This document shows, in pieces, positions 34,386 through 42,894 of a stretch of DNA of 64,000 nucleotides. The notes under the pieces are model-generated. The model made no database searches and was not told the DNA's origin. It saw nothing but the letters and a program-made list of their open reading frames with translations. Made by a program: the position numbers and the translations under genes. The stretch is from Christensenellaceae bacterium. GTDB lineage: Bacteria; Bacillota; Clostridia; Christensenellales; Borkfalkiaceae. Positions within the stretch are counted from its first letter, which is position 1, and every line of letters starts with the position of its first letter. Location: positions 40,721-104,720 of the forward strand of contig JAZSKQ010000009.1 in assembly GCA_045534905.1 (NCBI GenBank), written 5' to 3'.

Positions 34386-35132
34386 ATGAGAAAACCTATC
34401 ATTGCAGGCAACTGGAAAATGAACAAAACTGCAAAAGAAGCCGAGGCACTTATAAACGAATTAAAACCTTTGGTTGCAAAATCAAAGCCGGAAGTAGTTA
34501 TTTGCGTACCTTACACTGATTTATGGGTAGCGAAAAAAGCTATTGAGGGAAGTAAAATTCACCTTGGCGCAGAAAACGTTTCTTGGGCAGATTCAGGTGC
34601 GTTTACCGGCGAAATTTCTGCAGACATGCTTCTTGAAATTGGCGTTGAATATGTAATTATCGGGCATAGCGAACGTCGTCAATATTTTGGCGAAACTGAT
34701 GAAACTGTAAATAAGAGAACTAAACAAGCATTAGCAAAAGGCTTAAAGCCAATTGTTTGTGTGGGTGAAACTCTTATAGAGAGAGAAAAGAATAAGACCA
34801 ATAAAGTATTAAAGAAACAAGTTCTTGAAGGCTTAAATGGTATAGAAGATTTTTCTAACGTAGTAATTGCTTACGAACCCGTATGGGCTATCGGTACTGG
34901 CAAAACTGCTACCGCTGAAGATGCTAATAAGACGATTGGTTATATTAGAAGCGTAATTAGAAAGAATTTCGGTGCAGAAGTTGCTAAGGCACTCCGTATT
35001 CAATACGGTGGAAGCATGAAACCGTCAAACGCAAAGGAACTTATGGCTATGAAAAATATTGACGGCGGTTTAATAGGTGGCGCAGCGTTAAAGGCAGAAG
35101 ACTTTGCTGCAATAGTAAATTACAAAGCATAA
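34386..35132 (+). CDS. tpiA: Triosephosphate isomerase
   Basis: IIAGNWKMN, IGHSERR and AYEPVWAIGTG motifs. Confidence 0.95.
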   Translation: MRKPIIAGNWKMNKTAKEAEALINELKPLVAKSKPEVVICVPYTDLWVAKKAIEGSKIHLGAENVSWADSGAFTGEISADMLLEIGVEYVIIGHSERRQYFGETDETVNKRTKQALAKGLKPIVCVGETLIEREKNKTNKVLKKQVLEGLNGIEDFSNVVIAYEPVWAIGTGKTATAEDANKTIGYIRSVIRKNFGAEVAKALRIQYGGSMKPSNAKELMAMKNIDGGLIGGAALKAEDFAAIVNYKA

Positions 35133-35143
35133 AAAATCAATTT

Positions 35144-35173
35144 AAAAAAACGCAAAACTCTTTGCGTTTTTTT
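35144..35173 (+). terminator. Rho-independent terminator after tpiA
   Basis: Stem aaaaacgcaaa / tttgcgttttt with a 4-nt loop. Confidence 0.65.
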
Positions 35174-35191
35174 ATAGCATAAGGAATAGAT

Positions 35192-36760
35192 ATGAAATCA
35201 CCAAACTGTATTATAATAATGGACGGTTACGGTTATAACCCAAATACCGAGGGTAACGCTATTGCGATGGCAGATAGCGTAAACGTAAACCGTTTAATGA
35301 AAGATTATCCTTCAACCTATATTGGCGCAAGTGGAATGGACGTTGGTCTTCCAGAAGGACAAATGGGCAATAGTGAAGTTGGTCACTTAAACATAGGTGC
35401 AGGCAGAATAGTTTATCAAGATTTAACAAAAATTACAAAGTCTATTATGGATGGAGACTTTTTTGAAAACTCTGCTATAAAAACTGCTGTAGAAAATGCC
35501 GTAAACGGTAAAAAATTACACCTTTACGGGTTACTTAGTGATGGTGGCGTACACTCTCACTTAACTCACGTTTTTGCTCTTCTGAAAATGGCGAAAGATA
35601 TGGGGGTTAAAGAAACTTACGTTCACTGTTTTATGGATGGAAGAGATACACCTCCAAGTTCGGGTATAGATTACGTAAAACAATTAGAAGCAGAAATGAA
35701 AAAGTTGTCTTACGGTAAAATTGCGTCAGTGTGCGGAAGATATTACGTAATGGATAGAGATAATAACTGGGATAGAACCGAAAAGGCTTACGATATGTTG
35801 ACTTTAGGTGTGGGTGAAAAAGCAGAAAGTGCTGAAAAAGCTTTGTCCGATAGTTATGCTAACGGAAAAACTGATGAATTCGTGTTGCCTACTAATATCG
35901 TTAAGGACGGTAAGCCCGTTGCTTTGATAGAAAAAGGGGATTCGGTAATATTCTTTAACTTCCGTCCGGACAGAGCAAGACAAATTACCCGTGCGATAAG
36001 TCAAAAGGAATTTACTCCTTACGTTGATACCGAAAAGGGTAAAAATATGTACTTTGAAAGAAAGACTGGCTTTTTAGCCCCTGTTTATACTGGTTTTGCA
36101 GTGTATGACGCTTCTTTTAAAGACGTTTACGTTGCTTTTCCACCGGACGAAATTACCAATACTCTTCCTCAATATCTTGAGAGTTTAGGATTAAAACAAT
36201 TACATATTGCCGAAACTGAAAAGTATGCACACGTAACGTTTTTCTTTAATGCTAAGTTAGAAGCACCTGTTGAAGGCGAAACAAGAATTGTTATACCGTC
36301 ACCAAGCGTTGCTACTTATGATTTGAAGCCTGAAATGAGTGCTTATGAAGTAAAAGACAAGGTTATTGAAGAACTTGAATCGGGTAAGTACGACGTTGTA
36401 ATATTAAACTTTGCAAACTGTGATATGGTAGGACATACCGGTGTAATAGACGCAGCTGTTAAAGCTGTAAAAGCCGTTGACGACTGTGTTGGTCAAGTGG
36501 TAAATAAAATACTTGAACTCGGTGGAAATGCGATTATAACTGCCGACCACGGCAATGCTGATAAAATGCTCGACGTAGATGGTTCGCCCTTTACTGCGCA
36601 CACTACTAATATAGTTCCTTTTATAGTAGTAGGTGAAAAGTTTAAGGATGCCAAGTTGTCGGAAGGTGGACGTTTGTGCGATATAGCACCTACGCTTTTA
36701 GATATTATGGGTATAGAAATTCCCAAAGAAATGACAGGAAACTCTTTGATAATAAAATAA
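35192..36760 (+). CDS. gpmI: 2,3-bisphosphoglycerate-independent phosphoglycerate mutase
   Basis: NSEVGHLNIGAGR, DGGVHSH, FMDGRDT and ADHGNA motifs. 522 aa. Confidence 0.93.
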   Translation: MKSPNCIIIMDGYGYNPNTEGNAIAMADSVNVNRLMKDYPSTYIGASGMDVGLPEGQMGNSEVGHLNIGAGRIVYQDLTKITKSIMDGDFFENSAIKTAVENAVNGKKLHLYGLLSDGGVHSHLTHVFALLKMAKDMGVKETYVHCFMDGRDTPPSSGIDYVKQLEAEMKKLSYGKIASVCGRYYVMDRDNNWDRTEKAYDMLTLGVGEKAESAEKALSDSYANGKTDEFVLPTNIVKDGKPVALIEKGDSVIFFNFRPDRARQITRAISQKEFTPYVDTEKGKNMYFERKTGFLAPVYTGFAVYDASFKDVYVAFPPDEITNTLPQYLESLGLKQLHIAETEKYAHVTFFFNAKLEAPVEGETRIVIPSPSVATYDLKPEMSAYEVKDKVIEELESGKYDVVILNFANCDMVGHTGVIDAAVKAVKAVDDCVGQVVNKILELGGNAIITADHGNADKMLDVDGSPFTAHTTNIVPFIVVGEKFKDAKLSEGGRLCDIAPTLLDIMGIEIPKEMTGNSLIIK

Positions 36761-36773
36761 ATTTAAAAAATAG

Positions 36774-36802
36774 TTGTAAAAAACGTTTTTATGTGTTACA
36801 AT
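36774..36802 (+). promoter_or_regulatory. sigma-A type promoter for secG
   Basis: TTGTAA (36774-36779), 17-nt spacer, TGTTACAAT extended -10 (36794-36802). Confidence 0.45.
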
Positions 36803-36846
36803 TATAAAAGTTATTTTAATAAAGAGATTCTTTTAGGAGAAATATT

Positions 36847-37146
36847 ATGAGTATTTTAAATATGATGTTGGCAAGTGGCGGTTTTTGGAACGTTTGGCCA
36901 GTAATAAAAATCGTAGCTTTAGTCGTTATGGCAATATGTGCATTATTTATTATTTTGGTTGTACTTTTCCAACCTGGCAATTCTTCCGGACTCGGTGCAT
37001 TAGGTGGTCAAACCGAAACCTTTTTAACCAAGAACAAGGGCAAAACTTTTGAACATAAAATGAAGGTGCTTACCGTAGTAAGCGGTATAGTATTCGCAGT
37101 ACTTTGCATTGCATTTGCAATCGTAGCGTACTTTGCATCTTTATAA
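36847..37146 (+). CDS. secG: Preprotein translocase subunit SecG
   Basis: 99 aa with two TM segments. Central LFQPGNSSGLGALGG motif typical of SecG. Confidence 0.75.
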   Translation: MSILNMMLASGGFWNVWPVIKIVALVVMAICALFIILVVLFQPGNSSGLGALGGQTETFLTKNKGKTFEHKMKVLTVVSGIVFAVLCIAFAIVAYFASL

Positions 37147-37159
37147 TAGGTAAAATTTT

Positions 37160-37195
37160 GACGGTTCTTGTAAAAAAGAACCGTCTTTGTTTTTT
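37160..37195 (+). terminator. Rho-independent terminator after secG
   Basis: A 9-bp stem gacggttct / agaaccgtc with an 8-nt loop, followed by tttgttttt. Confidence 0.65.
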
Positions 37196-37651
37196 ATGGA
37201 ATATAAGCAAATAACGTCAAACAAATCGGCTACTTTTGAATATATTATAGTCGATAAATATGAAGCAGGTATCGTATTAGAGGGTACTGAAGTAAAGTCT
37301 TTAAGGAAAGGAAACGTTAATCTTAAAGACAGTTTTTGCTTTATTCAAAATGGCGAAGTTTTCTTAAAAAACGCACATATTGCAGTTTACGATAAATCAG
37401 GTGCGTTTAACTCTAAAGACGCCAAAAGGGATAGAAAACTACTTCTGCATAAAACGGAAATAGTAAGAATCAAAAGTAAAGTAAACGAACAAGGTATGAC
37501 GTTAGTTCCGTTAAAATTATATTTTAAGGAAGCACTTATTAAGATTGAATTAGGGCTTTGCAAAGGTAAACACACTTACGATAAAAAGCAAAGTATAAAA
37601 GAAAAAGACATAAAAAGGGAAACCGAAAGGGCAATAAAAAATTATAAATAG
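37196..37651 (+). CDS. smpB: SsrA-binding protein
   Basis: The pattern NKSATFEY.I.DKYEAGIVL.GTEVKSLR and a basic C-terminal tail. It lies directly upstream of tmRNA. The ORF-track TTG start at 37187 lies in the terminator tail. Confidence 0.9.
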   Translation: MEYKQITSNKSATFEYIIVDKYEAGIVLEGTEVKSLRKGNVNLKDSFCFIQNGEVFLKNAHIAVYDKSGAFNSKDAKRDRKLLLHKTEIVRIKSKVNEQGMTLVPLKLYFKEALIKIELGLCKGKHTYDKKQSIKEKDIKRETERAIKNYK

Positions 37652-38003
37652 GGGGATGAATTAGTTTCGATTGTGCGGTTGATATAAAGTGTAAGCATAC
37701 CGAAGGCTCGTCTTCGTAAAAACGGAAATTAAATTTAAATGCTAACAACAATAAATTAGCATACGCTGCTTAATTTAAGCGTACGTCTATCCGTTCTTCT
37801 CCCGTTGGGAATGGAATAGGCGTCAGATAGACGGGGAACTGCTTTTGGGTTTTGACCGTGGCTTAAAAGTGGATTTTAACGGTTATGGATATGATAAAGG
37901 TCGCTGTTCGCCGTACCGTATTCGAGATTAACGGACAGATAAGTATGTAGAAGGCTTTATAGAAGCGTTCAAGACCGGAGTGCAAGTCTCCGCATCTCCA
38001 CCA
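37652..38003 (+). ncRNA. ssrA: Transfer-messenger RNA (tmRNA, SsrA)
   Basis: The 5' GGGGAUG pairs with 3' CAUCUCC-ACCA, including the G3-U pair. T-arm cggag-tgcaagt-ctccg. Internal tag ORF GCT AAC AAC AAT AAA TTA GCA TAC GCT GCT TAA (37741-37773) encodes ANNNKLAYAA. It follows smpB. Confidence 0.9.
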
Positions 38004-38004
38004 T

Positions 38005-38036
38005 AAAAAAAGGATGCTTTCTGCATCCTTTTTTTA
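38005..38036 (+). terminator. Rho-independent terminator after ssrA
   Basis: Stem aggatgc / gcatcct with a tttct loop, flanked by an A run and a T run. Confidence 0.7.
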
Positions 38037-38102
38037 TGGAGTTATATTTGATATATGCGGAGACTTGCTGGGGGAGGAAATCGACGGTAGTCGATTTGTC
38101 CG
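38008..38102 (+). repeat. 95-nt direct repeat, copy 1 (terminator hairpin plus a second hairpin module)
   Basis: Differs from 38338-38432 at 6 of 95 positions by manual alignment. It contains aaatcgac-ggta-gtcgattt. Confidence 0.85.
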
Positions 38103-38186
38103 CATGGGAAGTAATAGATAAAAGGATATAATAGTTGCGGACTAAAACGTCCAGTGGACGTTTTATCGGGGCGACGTGCAAAACGT

Positions 38187-38207
38187 CAAGTCTCCGCATC
38201 TCCACCA
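38187..38207 (+). repeat. Duplicate of the last 21 nt of tmRNA (att-core-like)
   Basis: caagtctccgcatctccacca is identical to 37983-38003. The gtgcaa upstream is also shared, after a 7-nt indel. Confidence 0.85.
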
Positions 38208-38337
38208 CGTCGAAGCACCGCCTTACGTCAATAGTTTGCTAACACAAACAGCACGACAGACAGCGGGCTTCTCCTTTTTCCCAAAAATCTTTTGCAAAGC
38301 AAAATCTTTTAGGGAGCCCCTAAATTCACTTAAAGTG

Positions 38338-38432
38338 AAAAGGATGCTTTTTGCATCCTTTTTTTATGGCTTTATAGTTGATACATGCGGTGACTTGCTG
38401 GGGGAGGAAATCGACGGTAGTCGATTTGTCCG
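38338..38432 (+). repeat. 95-nt direct repeat, copy 2. Its hairpin also serves as the terminator for the convergent hisK-like gene.
   Basis: See copy 1. The offset between copies is 330 nt. Confidence 0.85.
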
Positions 38433-38437
38433 TTTTT

Positions 38438-39283
38438 TTATAATTTTTTTAATAATTTGTCAAAAGTAACTGACTTGAAGCCGTTTTTTGTAAAAACGTA
38501 ATATTCGTTAAAGCCCGCTTGCTTTGCAAGATTTATAGCATCAATAAATCCATGAGTTAAATAGTTGTTGTCATGGCAATCTGAGGATATCGTTATTTGA
38601 CCACCTAATCTTTTTATCTCTTTTAATACAAAAATAGAAGGGTAAGGAGTAGTTCTATATCCTCTTGAGATTGCACCCGTATTTACTTCGAAAACAGGTA
38701 TTTTATTGACGACGTTTTCTATTGCAAAAGTTTGTAAATCTTTATATTCTTTAGAGTTTATATCAAACAAAAATTCCTTTTCTGCGTGCTTTTCAATTAT
38801 GTCGAAATGTCCTACAAAATCTGCTTTTTTTAATTGTGATAAAAGCACGGTAGTTTCATAAAAACATTTGACGTAATTCATTGCATTTCCATCAAAGAAT
38901 TCGTTAATAATTTCCTTGACTTTTTGTGGTGTTCTAACGTCCATGTCAACAAGTGTATTATTCACTTTTAAATGGTGTACGTCAGCTATAACGTAGTCGT
39001 AATAATCAAGGTCGTTAATAGAGTATAGGTCGTATTCTATACCGCTTAAAATTTCTATTTGATTTTCATATTTTTTCTTAGCATTTTCAAGGTCTTTTTT
39101 GTATTCCTTTTCGCCGTCCAACGTCATAGAATAACTGTTTTTGTGTGGCATGGTGGAGTGTGAAGAAAAACCTATGGAATCAAACCCCAAATCTAAAGCT
39201 TTTTTAACTGTGTTCTCGATAGTATTTTTACCGTCGCAATAGTTTGAGTGTGTATGTAAATTTTGCAAAATAACGTTTTTCAT
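38438..39283 (-). CDS. hisK: Histidinol-phosphatase, PHP family (HisJ/HisK type)
   Basis: Starts LHTHSNYCDGKNTIE, followed by GFSSHS, VGHFD and SSDCH metal-binding blocks. 281 aa. Confidence 0.75.
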   Translation of the reverse strand: MKNVILQNLHTHSNYCDGKNTIENTVKKALDLGFDSIGFSSHSTMPHKNSYSMTLDGEKEYKKDLENAKKKYENQIEILSGIEYDLYSINDLDYYDYVIADVHHLKVNNTLVDMDVRTPQKVKEIINEFFDGNAMNYVKCFYETTVLLSQLKKADFVGHFDIIEKHAEKEFLFDINSKEYKDLQTFAIENVVNKIPVFEVNTGAISRGYRTTPYPSIFVLKEIKRLGGQITISSDCHDNNYLTHGFIDAINLAKQAGFNEYYVFTKNGFKSVTFDKLLKKL

Positions 39284-39320
39284 ATCGTAATTTTAACACC
39301 ACTAAAACTAAAAGTCAAAC

Positions 39321-39346
39321 AAAAAAAGACGGCGAAAAGCCGTCTT
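39321..39346 (-). terminator. Rho-independent terminator of the SRP RNA gene
   Basis: On the minus strand: aagacggc-tttt-cgccgtctt followed by a T run. Confidence 0.7.
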
Positions 39347-39351
39347 AAAAT

Positions 39352-39628
39352 TCAAAGGTGCCGTACGTCTTTTTCCGACGAATTATGCCGAAGCGGTGGC
39401 GCACCAGGTAACTCCTTCAAAGCAACCTTATGGCACACGCAACAAATCCGCTTAGTGATGCTGTATTCCTACTCTGACACGGTTCACGGCAGTACGTTGC
39501 ATAAGACCTTGAAATCAACGCCCCTTAATGCGTTCGGCCTTCCACACAAAACGCCTCGAAAAGCATTCTGCTCCGCTAAGCGAATTGCGGATAACAGGGC
39601 ATCGCTAACTCCCCGCATAGTACGGCTT
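39352..39628 (-). ncRNA. ffs: Signal recognition particle RNA, long Bacillus/Clostridium type with Alu domain (scRNA)
   Basis: On the minus strand, gccgtactatgcggggagttagcgatgccctgttatccgcaattcgc..tcgagg parallels the B. subtilis scRNA 5' domain as I recall it. Domain IV reads gtcagaGTAggaaTACagca, with the GGAA tetraloop and AGCA loop kept and compensatory stem changes. The 5' gccgtac pairs with the 3' gtacggc. Own promoter: TTGCTT, 17-nt spacer, TAAAAT (39661-39633). Own terminator present. Confidence 0.85.
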
Positions 39629-39698
39629 TAATATTTTATCTTAAAATGAAAAATAAAGCAAGTATTTTTCAAAAAAATTGTAAAAGAGTGAAAATGAC

Positions 39699-39727
39699 TT
39701 TACAAAACGCATTATAACAGTTATAAT
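39699..39727 (+). promoter_or_regulatory. sigma-A type promoter for ileS
   Basis: TTTACA (39699-39704), 17-nt spacer, TATAAT (39722-39727). The leader is only about 30 nt, leaving no room for a T-box. Confidence 0.5.
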
Positions 39728-39762
39728 TTATAAGTATTATTTTATAATAGGAGCATTATGCA

Positions 39763-42700
39763 ATGTATAAAAAGGTTGATACTTCTCTAAATTTTTTGGA
39801 CAGAGAAAAAGAAGTATTAAAATTTTGGAAAGAAAACAAAATTTTTGAAAAGAACGTTGAACTTAACGACGGGGCAAAAGAGTTTACTTTTTACGACGGA
39901 CCTCCGACGGCTAACGGCAAACCGCATATTGGTCATATTTTAACACGTGTTATTAAAGATATAATTCCACGTTACCGTGTTATGAAAGGCGAACACTGTC
40001 TAAGAAAAGCAGGTTGGGATACCCATGGGCTTCCCGTTGAACTTGAAGTAGAAAAAGTGCTTGGAATAGACGGAAAGCAAGAAATAGAAAAGTACGGTAT
40101 CGAACCTTTTATTCAAAAGTGTAAGGAATCCGTATGGAAATATAAGGGCGAATGGGAAAAGATGAGTGACCGTGTTGGTTATTGGGCTGATATGGAAGAC
40201 CCTTACGTTACTTATGAAGACAATTATATAGAATCCGAATGGTGGGCTTTAAAGCAAATTTTTGAAAAAGGACTTTTGTATAAAGGTTATAAAATTGTTC
40301 CTTATTGTCCTCGCTGTGGAACTGCACTTTCTTCGCACGAAGTAGCGCAGGGGTATAAGGACGTAAAAGAAACTTCTATATTCGTGGGCTTTAAGGCTAA
40401 GAATATGGAAAACACTTACTTCTTAGCATGGACGACCACTCCTTGGACTCTTCCAAACAACATGGCGCTTTGCATGAACCCTAACGAAATTTACGTTGAA
40501 ATAGAAGTTGGTGACGGTACTCACTATATTTTAGCAAAAGCGCTCGTTCCAAAATATTTTGAAGAATACACCGTTTTATCCGAAAAGACGGGTAAAGAAT
40601 ACGAATACTGTGAGTACGAACCTTTGTTTGACTATGCACTTGCAGATATAGAAAAGAAAGGTCAAAAAGCATATTTCTTAACTGTAGCTGATTACGTTAC
40701 AATGGAAGACGGTACTGGTATCGTTCACATTGCACCGGTATATGGTGAAGACGACCATATCGTTGGTGATAGATACAACTTGCCGTCTATTAAACTTGTT
40801 GATACTCAAGGTAAGTTAGACGAACGTTGTGGCTCATTAGCAGGTGTGTTTGTTAAAGACGCCGATAAACTTATAATAAAAGACCTTAAAGAAAGGGGAC
40901 TTTTATTTAAGACTATGGAATTTACTCACAGTTATCCGTTCTGCTGGCGTTGTGACACTCCACTTATTTACTATCCAAGAGAAAGCTGGTTTATCAAAAT
41001 GACGGCTGTAAAGGATAGATTGCTTAAGGCTAACGATTCGATAAACTGGATGCCTGAAACCATTAAAAAGGGTAGAATGGGTAACTTCCTTGAAAACGTT
41101 ATCGACTGGGGTATTTCCCGTGAACGCTATTGGGGAACACCGCTTCCCGTTTGGGTATGTAACAAGTGTGGAAAGATTCACGTAATCGGAAGCAAACAAG
41201 AACTTAAAGACTTGTGTAAGATTGAAGGCGATATAGAACTTCATCGTCCGTTTATTGACGACTGCACTTTCGATTGTGATTGTGGTGGAACGTTTATTCG
41301 TGAAAAAGAAGTTATCGACTGTTGGTTTGACTCTGGTTCTATGCCTTTTGCACAATATCACTACCCCTTTGAAAATAAAGAACTTTTCGAGAAGCATTTC
41401 CCTGCGGACTTTATTTCTGAAGCAATAGACCAAACCAGAGGTTGGTTCTATACCTTGCTTGCGATTTCTACTTTACTTTTCGATAAAGCACCTTTTAAAA
41501 ACTGTATCGTTTTAGGTCACGTAAACGACAAGAATGGTATTAAAATGAGTAAGCACAAGGGCAATGTTGTTGACCCAGGGAGCGTTTTAGATAAACAAGG
41601 CGCCGATGCTGTTAGATGGTATTTCTACACTGGTTCGCAACCGTGGTTACCGTCAAGATTCTACGAAGACGCTGTAAGCGAGGCGCAAAGAAAGTTTATG
41701 GGTACTTTCTGGAACACGTACGCATTCTTTGTTCTTTACGCAGAAATTGACAAGTATAATCCTGCTGATTACGATTTGAGTAAGTGTAAGTTATCCGTAA
41801 TGGATAAATGGATTATTTCAAAACTTAACACACTTATTAAAACGGTGGATAGCGGTTTAAAAGACTATAATATTTTTGATAGTTCAAGGGCTTTATCTGC
41901 TTTTGCGGACGACCTTTCTAATTGGTACGTACGTCGTGGTAGAGAAAGATATTGGGGCCACGAAATGACTGAAGATAAGGCTTCAGCATACACCACTTTA
42001 TACACCGTACTTGTAACGTTGGCAAAATTATCCGCACCGTTTACTCCGTTTATGGCGGAAAGCATTTATCAAAACTTAGTGCCGAATTTTTATAAAGACC
42101 AACCTATTTCGGTACATCTTTGCTCATTCCCACAAGTTGATGAAAGTTTGATAGACTTAAAACTTGAAGAGGGTATGCAATCAATATTGGATATAGTTGT
42201 TTTAGGTAGAGCGTGCAGAAACTCTTCTAACATAAAAAATAGACAACCTTTGTCTAAGATTTTCGTTTGTTCTGAAAAGAAAACTGATTTAAGTGCGGAA
42301 CTTTTAGAGATTGCGAAAGATGAACTTAACGTTAAAGAAGTTGAATATTTAAAAGACGCTTCTAAATTCGTTTCGTATAAAATTAAACCTCAACTTAAAA
42401 CTTTAGGACCTAAGTATGGTAAAAGTTTAGGTAAGATTAGAAACTTCTTTGAAACTTGCGATGCAAACGACTTAGTTGCAACCGTAAAGCGTGGTGAAAT
42501 TTATACTACTCAAATTGACGGTGAAAACTTTGAATTTGCATATGACGACCTTTTGATTTCAAGTGAAAGCATGGAAGGATACTTGTCGGCAAATGACAAC
42601 GGTTTAACTATCGTTATGGATACTCATATTACCGAAGAACTTAAAGCTGAAGGTATGGAAAGAGAACTTATTTCCAAGATTCAGTCAATGAGAAAAGATG

Positions 42701-42894
42701 CGGGCTTTGAAGTTACGGATAGAATTAACGTATTCTACAAAACGGAATCAGAAGAAGTTGCTAAAGCCTTTACGGAAAGATTAAAGACGGTTGTTCTTGC
42801 CGACTCCATAACTGCAGGTGAAAGCGATGGATATTCTATTGAACTTGACGTAAATGGACTTAAGTGTACGGTTACCGTAAAAAAGGTAAAATAA
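39763..42894 (+). CDS. ileS: Isoleucine-tRNA ligase, long type 2 (eukaryote-like) form
   Basis: HIGH motif PHIGHILTR and KMSKS-type motif KMSKHKGN. CP1 editing-domain blocks are present. 1043 aa. Confidence 0.93.
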   Translation: MYKKVDTSLNFLDREKEVLKFWKENKIFEKNVELNDGAKEFTFYDGPPTANGKPHIGHILTRVIKDIIPRYRVMKGEHCLRKAGWDTHGLPVELEVEKVLGIDGKQEIEKYGIEPFIQKCKESVWKYKGEWEKMSDRVGYWADMEDPYVTYEDNYIESEWWALKQIFEKGLLYKGYKIVPYCPRCGTALSSHEVAQGYKDVKETSIFVGFKAKNMENTYFLAWTTTPWTLPNNMALCMNPNEIYVEIEVGDGTHYILAKALVPKYFEEYTVLSEKTGKEYEYCEYEPLFDYALADIEKKGQKAYFLTVADYVTMEDGTGIVHIAPVYGEDDHIVGDRYNLPSIKLVDTQGKLDERCGSLAGVFVKDADKLIIKDLKERGLLFKTMEFTHSYPFCWRCDTPLIYYPRESWFIKMTAVKDRLLKANDSINWMPETIKKGRMGNFLENVIDWGISRERYWGTPLPVWVCNKCGKIHVIGSKQELKDLCKIEGDIELHRPFIDDCTFDCDCGGTFIREKEVIDCWFDSGSMPFAQYHYPFENKELFEKHFPADFISEAIDQTRGWFYTLLAISTLLFDKAPFKNCIVLGHVNDKNGIKMSKHKGNVVDPGSVLDKQGADAVRWYFYTGSQPWLPSRFYEDAVSEAQRKFMGTFWNTYAFFVLYAEIDKYNPADYDLSKCKLSVMDKWIISKLNTLIKTVDSGLKDYNIFDSSRALSAFADDLSNWYVRRGRERYWGHEMTEDKASAYTTLYTVLVTLAKLSAPFTPFMAESIYQNLVPNFYKDQPISVHLCSFPQVDESLIDLKLEEGMQSILDIVVLGRACRNSSNIKNRQPLSKIFVCSEKKTDLSAELLEIAKDELNVKEVEYLKDASKFVSYKIKPQLKTLGPKYGKSLGKIRNFFETCDANDLVATVKRGEIYTTQIDGENFEFAYDDLLISSESMEGYLSANDNGLTIVMDTHITEELKAEGMERELISKIQSMRKDAGFEVTDRINVFYKTESEEVAKAFTERLKTVVLADSITAGESDGYSIELDVNGLKCTVTVKKVK

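Noticed and set aside
37652-38437. Intact prophage or genomic island integrated at tmRNA
   Set aside because: The two att-like core copies are only about 180 nt apart and no integrase, excisionase or cargo gene lies between or next to them. I report it only as a scar or repeat finding.
37969-38469. ORFs 37969-38208 (-) and 38176-38469 (+) in the tmRNA-proximal region
   Set aside because: They run through the tmRNA 3' end, terminator hairpins and the direct repeats. They mirror each other because of the repeats, and they lack an RBS and any protein-like composition.
39263-39631. 122-aa plus-strand ORF
   Set aside because: The region is fully explained by the minus-strand SRP RNA gene with its own promoter and terminator.
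39284-39762. I first considered a T-box leader (for ileS on +, or hisK on -) or RNase P RNA for this 480-nt gap
   Set aside because: There is no T-box 14-mer (..GGGUGGUACCGCG..) or specifier-loop architecture, and no GGAAAGUCC RNase P core. The minus strand instead aligns block by block with Bacillus-type SRP RNA.
40903-41433. 176-aa minus-strand ORF
   Set aside because: It is antisense to the well-supported ileS gene.
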